Of a DNA stretch of 64,000 nt, positions 11,936 to 24,643 are shown one piece after another. The position numbers were made by a program, and so were the translations under genes. The notes under the pieces were generated by a model, which saw nothing but the letters and a program-made list of their open reading frames with translations, searched no databases and had not been told where the DNA came from. The DNA is from Squalus acanthias. Its lineage: Eukaryota. The stretch covers positions 140,618,001 through 140,682,000 of the forward strand of contig CM059432.1 in NCBI GenBank assembly GCA_030390025.1, in the 5' to 3' direction. Numbering within the stretch: the stretch's first letter is position 1; each line of letters opens with the position of its first letter.

Positions 11936-12718
11936 AGTGCTAGTGAAAATGCAACTAAAAGCTGATAAAAGAATGAATAAAAGAGCAATCTTCACAGCTG
12001 TGGTTTCGAGAGCCTTTACCCAGTTTAAATAGAAATAAAGAACTTGCATTTCTATAGCGCCTTTCATCATCTCAGGACATCCCAAAGTGCTTTGCAGCCA
12101 ATGATGTACTTTTTGAAGTGTAGTCGCTGTTGTTCTTTTTGTATTCGTTCGTGGGATGTGGGCGTCGCATTTATTGCCCATCCCAAGTTGCCCTTGAGAA
12201 GGTTGTAATGTAGGAAACGCAGCAGCCAATTTGCGCACAGCAAGGTCCCACAGCAGCAATATGATAAATGACCAGATAATCTGATGTCGGTTGAGGGATA
12301 AATATTGGCCAGGATACCAGGGAGCTCTCCCTTGCTTTTATTCAAATGATACCACGGGATCTTTCACATCCAGCTGAGAGGGCAGACGGAGCCTCAGTTT
12401 AACGTCTCATTCGAAAGACGTCACCTCTGACAGTGCAGCGCTCCCTCAGTACTTAGAGTGTCAGCCTAGATTTTGTGCTCAAGTCTCTGGAGTGAGGATT
12501 TAAACCCACAACCGTCTGACTCAGAGGCGAGAGTGCTACCCACTGAGCCAGGGCTGACACCTATAGCAGTGAATCCTACTTGATACAGACGGTAAACTGG
12601 AATGAATCATACACAAAGCCCAGTCTGTACTTGTTATTAGACACTCGAAACCACATCTGTGAAGATTGGTTTTTTATTGCTTCTTTTATTAGCTTTTAGT
12701 TGCATTTCCACTGGCATT
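11936..12718. mobile_element. Unclassified element with ~70-bp inverted arms, containing a SINE insertion
   Basis: 11940-12010 is an imperfect reverse complement of 12644-12714. Confidence 0.6.
12030..12563 (-). mobile_element. Full-length Deu-domain tRNA-SINE with a ~65-bp LINE 3'-end insert at ~12135-12201
   Basis: tRNA-like head with A/B boxes (ggctcagtgggtagcac, ggtttaaatcc on the minus strand), Deu core and L2-type tail. Confidence 0.9.
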
Positions 12719-12884
12719 TTTCAACGGCTAATGGTAAGAGATCAAACAGTCACATACAAAGTGTGTGGTCCTGAATTTCCACGTGGCGAGTTGTGCCAGT
12801 TTTGTGCCAATGCGCGATGGGTTGTACCCGCCAATGGTGGGCAGAGTTTCATGGGTTATTCAACGTAGCTTTGGTCCATTTCTG

Positions 12885-13385
12885 GAATACAATACAAAAG
12901 AAAGAAGGTACAGTAACGTTGAATTTATACAGCACCTTGGTTGGACCACACCTGGAGTATTCTGTGCAGTTCTGGTCTCCAAGCTGCAAATAGGATACTG
13001 AAGCACTGGAGAAAGTGCAGAAAAGATTTACAAGGATGTTATCAGAATTGAAAGGATGCAACTATCAGGAAAGATTGAGCAGGCTGGGGCTCTTTTCTCT
13101 GGTGGAGAGATGACCTGATCGAGGTCTTTAAAATGATGAAGGGGTCTGATAGGGTGGATGTAGAGAAATTGTTTCCACTTGTGAGTGAGTCCAAAACAAG
13201 GGGGCATAAATATAAGATAACCTTTAACGGATCAAATAAAGAATTTCGGAGGAATTTCTTTACCCAGAGAATGGTGAGGATGTGGAACTCGCTGCCACGT
13301 GGGGAGGTTGAAGTAGAGAGCATTGATGTGTTTAAGGGGAGGCTTGATGCATATGCGAGGGAGAAGGAGATTGAGGGATACAGGG
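12885..13385 (+). mobile_element. CR1 LINE 3' fragment
   Basis: LVGPHLEYSVQFWSP; TRGHKYKI…RRNFFTQRMVRMWNSLP. Confidence 0.88.
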
Positions 13386-13489
13386 GCATGTCTTACTTTT
13401 TTCTTTTCTCTTTGGTGAAGTGTAATACACATCTCCTCACTAAGGTCCTTGTAGGAGCTGTGTTGGCTTTATATTCTCTGCGAGGGAGA

Positions 13490-14385
13490 AAGAAAAGAAA
13501 GACTTTCATTTACATAGCGCCTTTCATGGCCTCAGGACATTCCAAAGCACTTTACAGCCAATGAAGTACTTTTGAAGCATAGGCACTGTTGTAATGTAGG
13601 AAACACAGCAGCCAATTTGTGCACAGCAAGCTCCCACAAACAGCACTGTGATAAATGACCCAGATAATCTGTTTTTGGGTGTTGGTTGAGGGATAAATAT
13701 TGTCCCAGGACACCGGGGGAGAACTCCCCAGCTCTTCTTCAAAATAGCATCCTGGGATCTTTTACAGCCACCTGAGGGGGTAGATGGGGCCTCAGTTTAA
13801 TGTGTTATGTGAAAGACGGCACCTCCAGACAGTGCAGCACTCCCTCAGTACTGCACTGGGAGTGTCAGCCTAGATTTTGGGCTCAAGTCTCTGGAATGGA
13901 TCCTGAACCCATGAGTCTTCTGACTCAGAAAGGAAGACTTGCATTTATATAACGCCTTTCAAGACCACCGGACGTCTCAAAGCGCTTTACAGCCAATGAA
14001 GTACTTTCGAAGTGTAGTCACTGTTGTAATGTTGGAAACGCGGCAGCCAATTTGCGCACAGCAAGCTCCCGCACACAGCAATGTGCTAATGACCAGATAA
14101 TCTGTTTTTGTTATGTTGGTTGAGGGATAAATATTGGCCCCAGGACACCAGGGATAACTCCCCTGCTCTTCTTCGAAATAGTGCCACGGGATCTTTTACG
14201 TCCACCTGAGAGAGCAGACGGGGCCTCGGTTTAACGTCTCATCCGAAAGACGGCACCTCCGACAGCGCAGCACTCCACTGGAGTGTCAGCCTAGCTTTAT
14301 GTGCTCTAGTCCCTGGAGTGGGACCTGAACTCACAACCTCATGATGCTAGAGGTGAGAGTGCTACCCACTGAGCCACGGCTGATA
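13490..14385 (-). mobile_element. Two adjacent Deu-domain SINEs (junction ~13930)
   Basis: Two consecutive copies of tail, Deu core and tRNA head on the minus strand. Confidence 0.9.
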
Positions 14386-14727
14386 CTCAGGAGGGGTAAT
14401 GTCCTTCGCAAGTGCCGCTCTGTTCCTGCATCTGCCTCCTACTCCTCCTCCTTCTCTATGCAATGGCATACAATGGGATGACCAAAGGAAATACAAGCTC
14501 TGAGAAGCCCTCACTGTGGGTGGAGGAGGTGGGGGTATTGAAAGTTCCCAATGCTCTAGAACTCCCAGGAGTAGTGAGATGCAAATCCAAGACTGCATTG
14601 TCAGAATGCCAAAAAATAAATCGCTCTTGGAGATTGCTCCCAGCTGCAGCAATTGCTACACAAATTCTCCATACTCTTCATGCTCAGAAACTCTTCCCAC
14701 CTGCCTCGTCTCATCTGATCCTTGCAG

Positions 14728-14960
14728 CAGCTGTGCCTTATATATCTCTCAATCTAACTTACCCCACCCAGTACATTGCGAGCATTAAAAAAAACAGGAA
14801 ATCTGGGGCGACAGTTCCACTGGCCCTCGTTACCATATATTACAATGAGCTCACTCTCGTCCCATTTCGCTGTCCCAAATCAAAAAGCCGCCCCCAGTTT
14901 TTTTGCGCAGAAAGAATGCGGGAAAACAGCTTGGGAATTTCGCGACGTACATTCACCAAG
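14728..14960 (+). CDS. Candidate host coding exon, product unknown
   Basis: Pyrimidine-rich acceptor …ctgatccttgcag (NAGNAG), donor AAG|gtaagc, open frame AVPYISLNLTYPTQ…ERMRENSLGISRRTFTK (phase 1 to 0). No family recognised. Confidence 0.25.
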
Positions 14961-15611
14961 GTAAGCAATATCAGTCAATTCGAATGGAATAGGTTGCTAT
15001 TTAGTTTCATGGGCAACTAAACACTGCCAGGGATTAGACACTTGAGCGACAAAGGGAGACTAAGTGAGCTGGGAATGTTTACACGGTGGGGGGAAAAGGT
15101 GACTCATTGAAACCTGACAAAAATGTTCCAAATTTTATGTAGTTTAGATAAACTGAAGTGTAATAAATTGTTTGATATAAGCACAAATTGTATAATGAGG
15201 GGGTGGGTGCAGGGGTCACAGACTCGAGCTCGGTAAAGGGAGGGCGCCAAGTGCAACACTAACTGAGTGCATGGTATACAGAGCGGGAAGTTGAGAATTT
15301 GGTGAGAGTGGGAATTCGGTGCAGAGGGGGAAGGAGGTGCTCCTTTTCGTTAAATTAATTAGTTTAAAATAAACCAAGTGAAGGTAACCAGACTGTTTAA
15401 ATTGAACTACTTTACACACAGAGAGAGGATGGTGAATGTGTGGAAGAAACTGTCTGGGGAGAAAGTGGAGATGGATTTGTATCAGCAAGTTCACAAGGTG
15501 AATGAGTTTCTTTCTGGCAAGAACAAAGATTGAGGGCTTTGAGACGGTCCGTAGTATTTTTTGTACTACTCGACTGGCTAGATAGACTGCAACAACTTTT
15601 TTTTTCCTGCT

Positions 15612-16055
15612 GTCAGCCATGGCTCAGTGGGTAGCACACTTGCCTCTGAGTCAGAAGGTTGTGGGTTCGGGTCCCACTCCAGCAACTTGAGTATAAAAAT
15701 CTAGGCTGACACTTCAGTGCAGTGCTGAGGGAGTGCTGCACTGTCGGAGATGCCTTCTTTCGGTATGAGACGTTAAACCGAGGCCCCGTCTGCTCTCTCA
15801 GGTGGACGTAAAAGATCCCATGTGAAGAAGAGCAGGGGAGTTCTCCCCGGTGACTTGGTCAATAATTATCCCTCAACCAACACCTAGAAATAGATGATCT
15901 AGTCATTGCTGTTTGTGGGAGCTTGCTGTGCGCAAATTGGCTGCTGTGTTTCCTACATTACAACGGTGACTACACTTCAAAAGTACTACATTGGGTGTAA
16001 AGCACTTTGGGATGTCCTGAGGTCGTGAGAAGTGCTATTTAAATGCCAGTCCTTT
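15612..16055 (+). mobile_element. Full-length Deu-domain tRNA-SINE
   Basis: Box A ggctcagtggg, box B ggttcgggtcc, Deu core and tail. Confidence 0.92.
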
Positions 16056-16903
16056 ATATCCTTGATGATCTCCTGCAATATGGTCCGTCACTTTGGTTTC
16101 TCAATTTAAAAAAATCACATTCATTTATTTATTTGTTGTGCTCTCATACTGCAGAAATAATTTCTTAATAATAAACCAAAAGACTTTGAATGAAACAAGT
16201 ATTGTTGTAAAAGACCGTTCCTTTGATGTGCAGGAAGCAAGGATCTTGAAGTGATTGCAACCCTATGGATGTGTGTGCAATTTCCCCTCTATCCTGGGAA
16301 ATGTAAGTAACATTAAAGCCATAATAGGTAACCTAATGATTTGTGTTCCTTCCTGTACATCAGCCTCCCTTCCCTCATCCTGCTAGCAATATGTCGTAGA
16401 ATCCGGAGCCCCTGACTATTTGCACGCACTGAATAGGTCTAGGAAGATTCTGGATAACGACAGAGGGAGATGTATCGAATTTCAGGACATCTCTGGGGAA
16501 TAAGAATCCAATGTCCTTAATAAGACCACAGAGTGAATACCACGGCTTCTTTTGTTTCCAAAGAGAACATGAAGTATTCCTTTTTGCAAGACCACACAGG
16601 CTGTATCCTACAGTTCTTACAAGTAAATTGGACACTAACAATGTTGCAAAATGTTCATATTTGACAATTAGTCATAGCTCTTAATGGAAGCCTTTTCTTG
16701 CGGCCAGCTAGCTCCAGTGATTGATCATCAGATTCTGGAGCAGCGTTGCAAATTTAACTCCCCACCATTGACCGATAGTCAAACCTTACCTACCCTCATT
16801 TAGGGAGTTTTGATAGTTTTCACTTGACTTCCAAATGTGCCACTGTGGAGAAGTCAATCCCTCTGTGATGATCGAGAGGACACTGGGGGGGGGGGGCGGT
16901 GGG

Positions 16904-19170
16904 CGGTTAGAAATTCCTCTGCCGAATTTTACACCGCGGATTCAACGCTGGGCTTACAAACGTTGCTGCCGGACATCTCGCACACGGAACACAAAAGGTG
17001 CCAGCCGCCATATTGGTAAAGGCGGACATTAGGCGTCCCCTGGTAACTGCCTGAAATCAGCGCTGGTCTCATTAAAATATGTTAAAAGGGGTCCTGCGCT
17101 CGAATTAGGAACCCTTTAGGAAATTGGTACCTGGGAGCCTTTCATTCACACTTTCTTGTACCCACCCAATGAAACATGGTGCCAACACTCGGGAAGCTGG
17201 CTGAAGCAGCACGATTTAAAGGGGTTCCCCACCTCGATCAAGGTAAGTCACTGGAAAGTCGCTGTTTTGGCTACTGGGAATTTTTGGAGCCATTTTTCTT
17301 GGCTGTTTGGCAGGAGTTCAGAGTGCAGAGCAGTTGGCCTTTGGCTGCAGCTGCACTGTTTGACTCCATTGACTGCAGGAGGGCCAGAAAAGATGGGATT
17401 GTTGCTGGGATTTACCATCGAGGCTGACACAGCGACAGCAACAGCAGCAGCAGCAGCAGCACAGACCCCGCGGAGGGCCAAAGAAGGTGGCCAGGGAGGC
17501 CTTACAGCTCGCAGGTCTTCCGGAACAGGATGTCTCGCACCTCAATGCTTCAGAGAAGCAGTGGGCGAGGAAGCTGTGCTTCAGCAGGTCGGCGGTCACT
17601 GACCCCTGTCACCTGTTGCCGCGGGAGCTGGAGCCAAACACCAGGACACGCACAGCGCTGCCTGGGGCTGTGACGGTTATCGTGGCTCCCAACCTCTACA
17701 CCACAGGCTCATTGCTGGCCGCAACAGTCAATTTGCTGTCCATCCGGCCATCAAGCAGATGACCGATGGCCTCTTCACGAGGAGGCAGCAATACCTCAGG
17801 AGGAGAGACCAACGTGTCTCGTTCCCAATGCAGGGTCCTGATAGCAGTACATCACCTTCCCCTATAGAGGCTGCTGCACCCGGATTTGCCCACATAGTTG
17901 GGATTCCCCAGGTGCACAGCCTCATTAGCTGCACGTTGCCCTGCGTTGTCCCCCGTCTGGAACCCGCCACAATTTATAACAGGAAGGGTTCCACTCGCTG
18001 AATGTTCAGCTGGTGTGTGACAGCAGGCAGCAAATAATGGTCGGCTATCCTGACAGTAGTGATGGCATCTTCACACTGCATCAGTCCTCAATCCAACCAC
18101 CTCTGTCTTCGATCCAGACCGGCGGGGGTAAGGCTTGCCCCGAGCGAGTCTCCAAATTAGCAGCGGTTTGCTGCACGCTACACCAAGGAGGAGCCAAGGA
18201 TTACAGCCGCCACAGGAGGAAGAAGTGCAGGAGCAAGATGAAGAAGGGGACGAGGAAGATGATGAGGAAGAGGAAGACCAATGGCCAAGCAGAGCTGCAA
18301 GAGCTGTAGGGGAAACGCATTAATGAGGAGAGAGTCTCCTAAGCAAACCCTGCCCCCAGCACACCAACCGTCCCACACTTCTCCCCACTCCTTCCACCTC
18401 CTGAATGCCCTCCAACACCTCATTGATCTTCCTCCTATATAGCTATGAATATGAAGACCAACAGCAAAGCCAAGCAAACAAAAGCTGTTTAATTGACCGT
18501 GCAATTGTGTATTTTACAACTTTTCCCTCCTCTTCACGTTGAAATAAAATCACCCTGGTGCAGGCCCTTAGTGCTTGGTCTTGGTGCTCGTTGACCTACT
18601 CTAGTGTTTCTATGTAGGGCCTCCCCTGTCGCAGGCGCCTGGGAGACTGCTGATCATCAATTGAGGGCACTTGAGATGTCCGTGGTGGGCGACCTCGAAC
18701 AGCTCTGTGCCTTGTGGGCCTGGCTGCAGACTGGGCATTGGGCCAGGGCAGTCTGGGCTAGCTGGCTGTGTGAGACCAACAAAGGCACTGGGTCAAAGGC
18801 TGGCAGAAGAGCAGGGGTCCTGTCACCCTGAGAGAGGACAGCATGAGCCTCTCCCATGGAGCCAATACCACTGTCATGTGAGCGTCGCAACACTCTCTTC
18901 TTTCTACGCAAGAACAAAGGAGCCTAGTCATGCTCTGGAAGCCCCTATACATGCTCGCCACCCTCCTGTCCATTCTATCCTTCATGGATTGAAAGGCTGA
19001 GGAGATGCTAGACACGAGCTCCCAGTGACGCTACCAGAGCTGTCACTCCATCATTGTGCGCCCCAATGCAATGCTCATAGAGCTGCCCACTCACTCCATG
19101 GTTGCCCGCATGATCTCAGTGCTGTTCTGAATGTTCCCACACAAGCTAGAGCTGGACTCCTCCATGCCAG
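16904..19170 (+). mobile_element. Degenerate, right-truncated Harbinger transposon (a different family from 3029-6602)
   Basis: Transposase remnant on + (17393-18340) followed by a convergent remnant on - (~18590-19170, MSSISSAFQSMKDRMDRRVASM), the same layout as 3029-6602. L2 sequence takes over at ~19175. Confidence 0.75.
17393..18340 (+). pseudogene. Harbinger transposase remnant
   Basis: [69 protein letters not shown], acidic tail. The GD..YP segment is missing. Confidence 0.8.
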
Positions 19171-19174
19171 AAAT

Positions 19175-20250
19175 GTCATACTTTAATCAATACCCCTTCC
19201 CTTTCCTGGCTGTTCGTTCAGGCCGTCTCAGACCCTCGGTCCCGCAATCTTGGCATCTATTCAACTCTGAGCCGAGCTTCAAATCCCATATCTGGTCCCT
19301 GCACTAAGACTGCCTTCTTGCAGCTTCCTAACTTTGCCCCTACGTCATCTCCACCACTGCTGGAGTCTCCCGCCATACATTCATCATCCCACAGCCCTGA
19401 TTTCTCCAGTGCTCTTATTATCAGCGTCTCGAGCTCCACTCTAAATAAACTTCAATTCATCCACTAAAACCCATCGCACCTATCACCATTGTCCTCATTG
19501 ATCTCCATTGGCTCCCCATTGTTCAGAACACATTTACAATTTTGTGAGAAATAGCAATCAGAGGAAATTTCCCCACTATGTTTATGATGTAGCTGAAAAA
19601 CAAGAGTTAACTTTCAGCAATAGCAAAGTAATATCTGCCCCTGCCTCAGTTCATCCGCTGCTGAAACCCTCATCTCTGCCTTTGTTACCTCTAAACTTGA
19701 CTATTCCAACGCACTCCTTGCCGGCCTCCCATCTTCCACCCTCCATAAACTTGAGGTCATCTAAAACTCTGCTGCCCGTATCCTAACTCGCACCATGTCC
19801 CAGTCACCCATCATCCCCTGTGTTCGCTGACCTACACTGGCTCCCAGTCTGGCAATGATTCAATTTTAAAATTCTCATCTTTGTTTTCAAATCCCTCCAT
19901 GGCCCTCGCCCCTCCCCATCTCTGTAACCTCCTCCAGCCCTACGACCCTCCGAGATCCCTGCGCTCCTCCAGTTCTGACCTCTTGCGCATCCCCTATTTT
20001 AATCGCTCCACCATTGGTGGCTGTGCCTTCAGCCGTCTGGGCCCTAAACTCTGTAATTCCCTCCCTAACCCTCTCTACCTCTCTCTCCTCCTTTAAGACT
20101 CTCCTTAAAACATACCTCTTTGACCAAGCTTTTGGTCATCTGTCCTAATATCTCCTTATGTGACTCGGTGCCAACTTTTGTTTGATAACGCTCATATTGG
20201 GACGTTTTAATACGTTAAAGGCGCTATATAAATACAAGTTGTTGTTGTTG
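19175..20250 (+). mobile_element. L2 LINE fragments (two pieces)
   Basis: L2 ORF2 C-terminal and 3' end sequence as in 8654-9218, with a (ttg)n tail. Confidence 0.85.
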
Positions 20251-20754
20251 TAGAATGGTGAGCTTAAGGATTGCTAATATCAAGGTGAGCCGATTACGTG
20301 TAATTTTCCTGGGATGGCCTCAAATAAATAGTCATGGAAACCACTCTGCTCATATTGGGTCTTGGGCTGGGAACTTGTCAAGGCAAGTGGCAAAAAGAAA
20401 TCCCACAAGCGAGTAGACCTTGTAGCGCTACTGGGAGAAGTTCAAAGCAAACAGACGCCTAAAGTTAAGTGGTCGCATATGGAGGCAACGTTTTATTAGC
20501 CGTTAGAGAATCAATATTTAAAAGGCTATTGCAGCTGATCCTAAGACTGTGTGGGGCAAACAAAAGTGGCTGGCAAATCTCAATGGCTGGCGAAATAAAC
20601 GTGGAGCCAGGAAACAGAATCTGTGGGCGAGTGATGGAATGGAGAATCGTCCCAATCTCCTGTTTGATGGCTGGCAAAGTGGAGGTGCTATTGTACGAGG
20701 AGGGTGCAAGGAGGACTGCCGTATTGGCAACCCTGGGCATTCTCCCCAGAATCA

Positions 20755-21250
20755 TTGAATCATACAGCACAGAAAGAGGCCTATTGGCCCATCGTGCCTG
20801 TGCCGGCTCTTTGAAAGAGCGATCCAATTAGTCCCACTCCTCCTGCTCTTTCCCCATAGCCCTGCAAATTTTTCCTTTTCAAATATATATCCAATTCCCT
20901 TTTGAAAGTTACCATTGAATCTGCTTCCACCGCCCTTTCAGGCAGTACGTTCCAGATAACATTAAAAAACCTCCTAATTTCTTCTCTGATTCCTTTGCCA
21001 ATTACCTTAAATCGGTGTCCTCTGGTTACCGACCTTCCTGCCAGTGGAAAGTTTCTCCTTATTTTACTCTATCAAAACCGTTCATAATTTTGAACACCTC
21101 TATTAAATCTCCCCTTAACCTTCTCTGCTTCAAGGAGAACAATCCCAGCTTCTCCAGTCTCTCCACATGACTGAAGTCCCTCTTCCCCAGTATCATTCTA
21201 ATAAATTGCCTCTGCACCCTCTCCAAGGCCTTGACATCCTTCCTAACGTG
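20755..21250 (-). mobile_element. CR1 LINE 3' fragment
   Basis: [12 protein letters not shown]…RRLRGDLIEVFKIMNGFDRV and a CR1-type tail. Confidence 0.87.
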
Positions 21251-22689
21251 TGTTACCTCTGAATTGGTTACCAGAAGACAGCAGTGCTGCTTGCCTGGCA
21301 GGGAGTGGAGGCAAAAAAAATTGACGGAGAAGGTGACGTTAACTGTCATTGTCAAAACGGTCCCTAAGTTGTACGTTGGCCGCAGGTGACCCATAGCAGA
21401 AGGCCCAGACCTGCCATTGGCTCTGTGCTCACTCTGGGCCTGTGGAGTCCGCTCCCTTATAACCTACCTCTTTGACCAAGCTTTTGGTCACCGGTCCCTA
21501 ATATCTCCTCACGTGGCTCGATGTCAAATTCTGTCTGATAATCGCTCTTGCGAGGCACCTTGGGACGTTTTACTATGTTAAAGGCGTTATATAAATGCAA
21601 GTTGTTGTTGTTAAATGGGGGCCTGCTGTCTGAAGGAGGCAGTCGCTTTGGCCTCCTCAGTGATGGGCCCCTGTTAAAGTGGCAACCAACCTCATTTTAA
21701 CACCGTTAGTGCCCCATTAATACTGGTCTCAGCAAGTTAAAAATCGACGCTATTGACTGGTCATTTATCTCATTGTTATTAATGGATGGTTACATAGAAT
21801 AGAATACAGCACAGAAACAGACCTTTCTGTCAACTAGTCTGTGCTGGCTCAGAATGGTCTACAGAATAATAGCCACTGTATTCCAACAGTTCATACAGGA
21901 AGGAAGTGATAAGCCAGTTAACTGTAGGCCGGTCGTCCCAATATCAGTAGCGCGTAAACTTCCAGAGGCCATAATATTGGATTAAAACTAACACTCACCT
22001 AGGCAGGCATGTGTCCATTAAGGATTGACCTATGCCAGAATAGATTGGTAAAAAGCACTTGAGGAAATAATGGCGTCTACGTGAATATGGATTTTCAAAA
22101 GGTGTTTGATTAATTGCTACATAGGAGGCGTGTTGATTAGATTATGGTGCGGTAAAACTCGATCAACTCTATCCCTGTGTGGAGTACTTTGATGATGGAT
22201 TAAGGTGCTATATAAATACAAGTTTTCTTTTCTTTTTAATTAAGGTCAATATTGCAGTAATACAATTGTTTGTGATGGTTATGCAGTGTAATTATTGTAA
22301 CATTAGTATTATTTTCAGGTCACTGGGTTTAAGAGGCAAACAAAGCTGGTTGGCCCAGGCAGACAGGTTTTCCCCGGACTTGACAGGGTTAATTTGGCCT
22401 GGCACTGCTATTTTCCAACTGATCTCATTTAGGAAATAAGCTTCTAGTAAACATAGCTCGTGTAATGTAGCCTTCTGTTACCTTGATAATGTAGACAATG
22501 TTCACATAAATCATCATTCCAAGGCTTAAGCCAGGAATAAAAAAAACATCAATAATTCACTGCCTCAGGGATTTGCACTCTCTGTTAAACAAGTGATACA
22601 TCATCATGAACATAATATAGAGATTGTAGCAGTGGGACTCATTGAAAATGTTCTTTGTCACAACCAAACAAGCAAAATGTCAGTCTTGG

Positions 22690-23115
22690 TTTGTGATAGC
22701 ACTCTCGCCTCTGAGTCACAAGAGCGTGGGTTCAAGTCCCACTCCATGAGACTTGAGCACAAAATCTAGGCTGACACTCCCGGCGCAGTGCTGAGGGAGC
22801 GCTGCACTGTCGGAGGTGCCGTCTTTCGGATGAGACATTAAACCGAGGCCCCGGCTGCCCTCTCAGGTGGACGTAAAAGATCCCATGGCCACTATTTTGA
22901 AGAAGAGCAGGGGACGTTCTCCCCGGTGTCCTGGGGCCAACAGTTACCTTTCAACCAACATCACTAAAACAGATTATCTGGTCGTTATCAGATTGCTGTT
23001 TATGGGAGCTTGCTGTGCATAAATTGGCTGCTGCGTTTCCTGCATTATAGCAGTAACTACACTTCAAAATAGTGCTTCATTGGCTGTAAAGTGCTTTGGT
23101 ACGCCCTGAGGTCGT
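22690..23115 (+). mobile_element. Deu-domain tRNA-SINE
   Basis: B box ggttcaagtcc and Deu core. Confidence 0.9.
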
Positions 23116-23384
23116 TAGCATTGTTATTAAAAATAAATACAGAAGGTTCAGAATCTCTTGGTTACACTTTTGCAAAGGGGACCTGTCTATGAGTCAATGT
23201 GCTCAGTATATCTTCTCTCATTTGTTTACAAATGCGCAACACAGCAACCTAACACCTGTTGAAATGCATCACCCATGGCCCTTGCACGTGAGATTTGTCT
23301 CTTGTGTCCCCTGTCCCTCCCTCCCAGCTTCAAATAGATTTTCCATACCCTTTTCTTTATGAAGAGAGTACCCCTTGAAAGTAC

Positions 23385-24110
23385 TGGCCCAGAATTGGTT
23401 GGAGTGGGGCAGCTCGCAGTGTGCCGTGTGAGTTGGTTTTTTTTCCCTCACCCTTCAGCTCGAAAAGACTTTCCCCCTGTAACTTGCTGGGAGTGCGAGC
23501 TGATACCGGGGCAGCTGGGACCTCGGTGAACGACGGGACCAACAGTCCATCTCCTTAACCAATGAGATTTAAGGATTGAGGAAGAAATAATGGAACGATG
23601 GAGAAGGAAATAGGGCGACTTAGAGACAAATCAGGTACACACAGAAGAATAAAGAGAGGGGAAAGAGAGATTGGGTTAAGAGAGAGATAAAAAGAGACAG
23701 AAAGGAAAAGTAAGAAAAAAGCAAAAATTTAAAAACATTTAGGAACAATTTACTACCTGCAGGAATGAGACTCCGCAGTTTTAATTGTTCCCTTTCTGGG
23801 CCGGAGAGGTTGAGTGGCATCGCAGGAACATAAATCTCCTCATTAAAAAGGTACTTACACCATTAAGTACCAGCTCTAACTTTCGGCAGCGAGTTTTATT
23901 GGTAATTAATGCGCAAATGCAGCAATTTCTTGAAACTCACGGGGAGGTTGAGAGCGAGTTGCCGTTTTTGCGAGGCTAACGGCAGAGCGGCGCAAATCGC
24001 CCAGCAACTTGTGGCGATTTGCAACTCTACCTCGCCACAATTTGTTGGTTTTTTTACGCCCTAATAATGGTGAGCGCCGTTAAACTCACTGTTAATTTCC
24101 AAGCAAATTC
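23385..24110. mobile_element. Possible non-autonomous DNA element
   Basis: Begins ggcccagaattgg (Harbinger-like end), with CpG-rich subtermini and an AG-rich interior. Right TIR not clearly found. Confidence 0.35.
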
Positions 24111-24643
24111 AGAGGAAACAATCCATTAGGCGTTGCAATATTTTAGAGTCAGATATGAAGTCAGTTTTCATGTTATACACAGAAACAGGAAGCGTGGTTC
24201 ATTCTTTGCATGAGAAGGTTTTTAAATCACTCTTAGATTAAATGTCAAAAAGGCAGAAATTTCAAACTACCAATCATTAATACCCGGGTTACTGGCTTCT
24301 GATATAGTCAACTTGCTGACAATAGCAAGAAATGGAGACTAGTGCAAATACAGGATATAACAAATTGCTTCATTGTTAGCTTTGGCCCACACCTGTGTTC
24401 GACATCATGGATCTAGTGTTGCCAACTCTGGTTGGACGTATTCCTGGAGGTGTCATCACATGACCGCCTGCCTGCAACCACCCCGCCCCCACACACTCCC
24501 GCCATTGGTCGCCCGGCACGTCCATCCTCGCGGCGCCCCGCCTTCCCATGGCCAATTGGAAAGTGAACAGCCTCTTCATTACCCGATTGGATGATTCTTG
24601 ACTGTCAGTCAAGCAACACCTACCCTAATCGCACTGGATGATT

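Noticed and set aside
14412..15020. 202-aa single-exon secreted protein with a Leu-rich signal peptide
   Set aside because: It starts at GTG, the Leu run comes from a ctc microrepeat and there is no recognisable domain. Only the internal spliced portion is kept as a weak candidate.
15612..15690. tRNA genes at SINE heads (also ~22700, ~31490, ~47420, ~62325)
   Set aside because: The A/B boxes continue directly into the Deu SINE body, and there is no complete cloverleaf.
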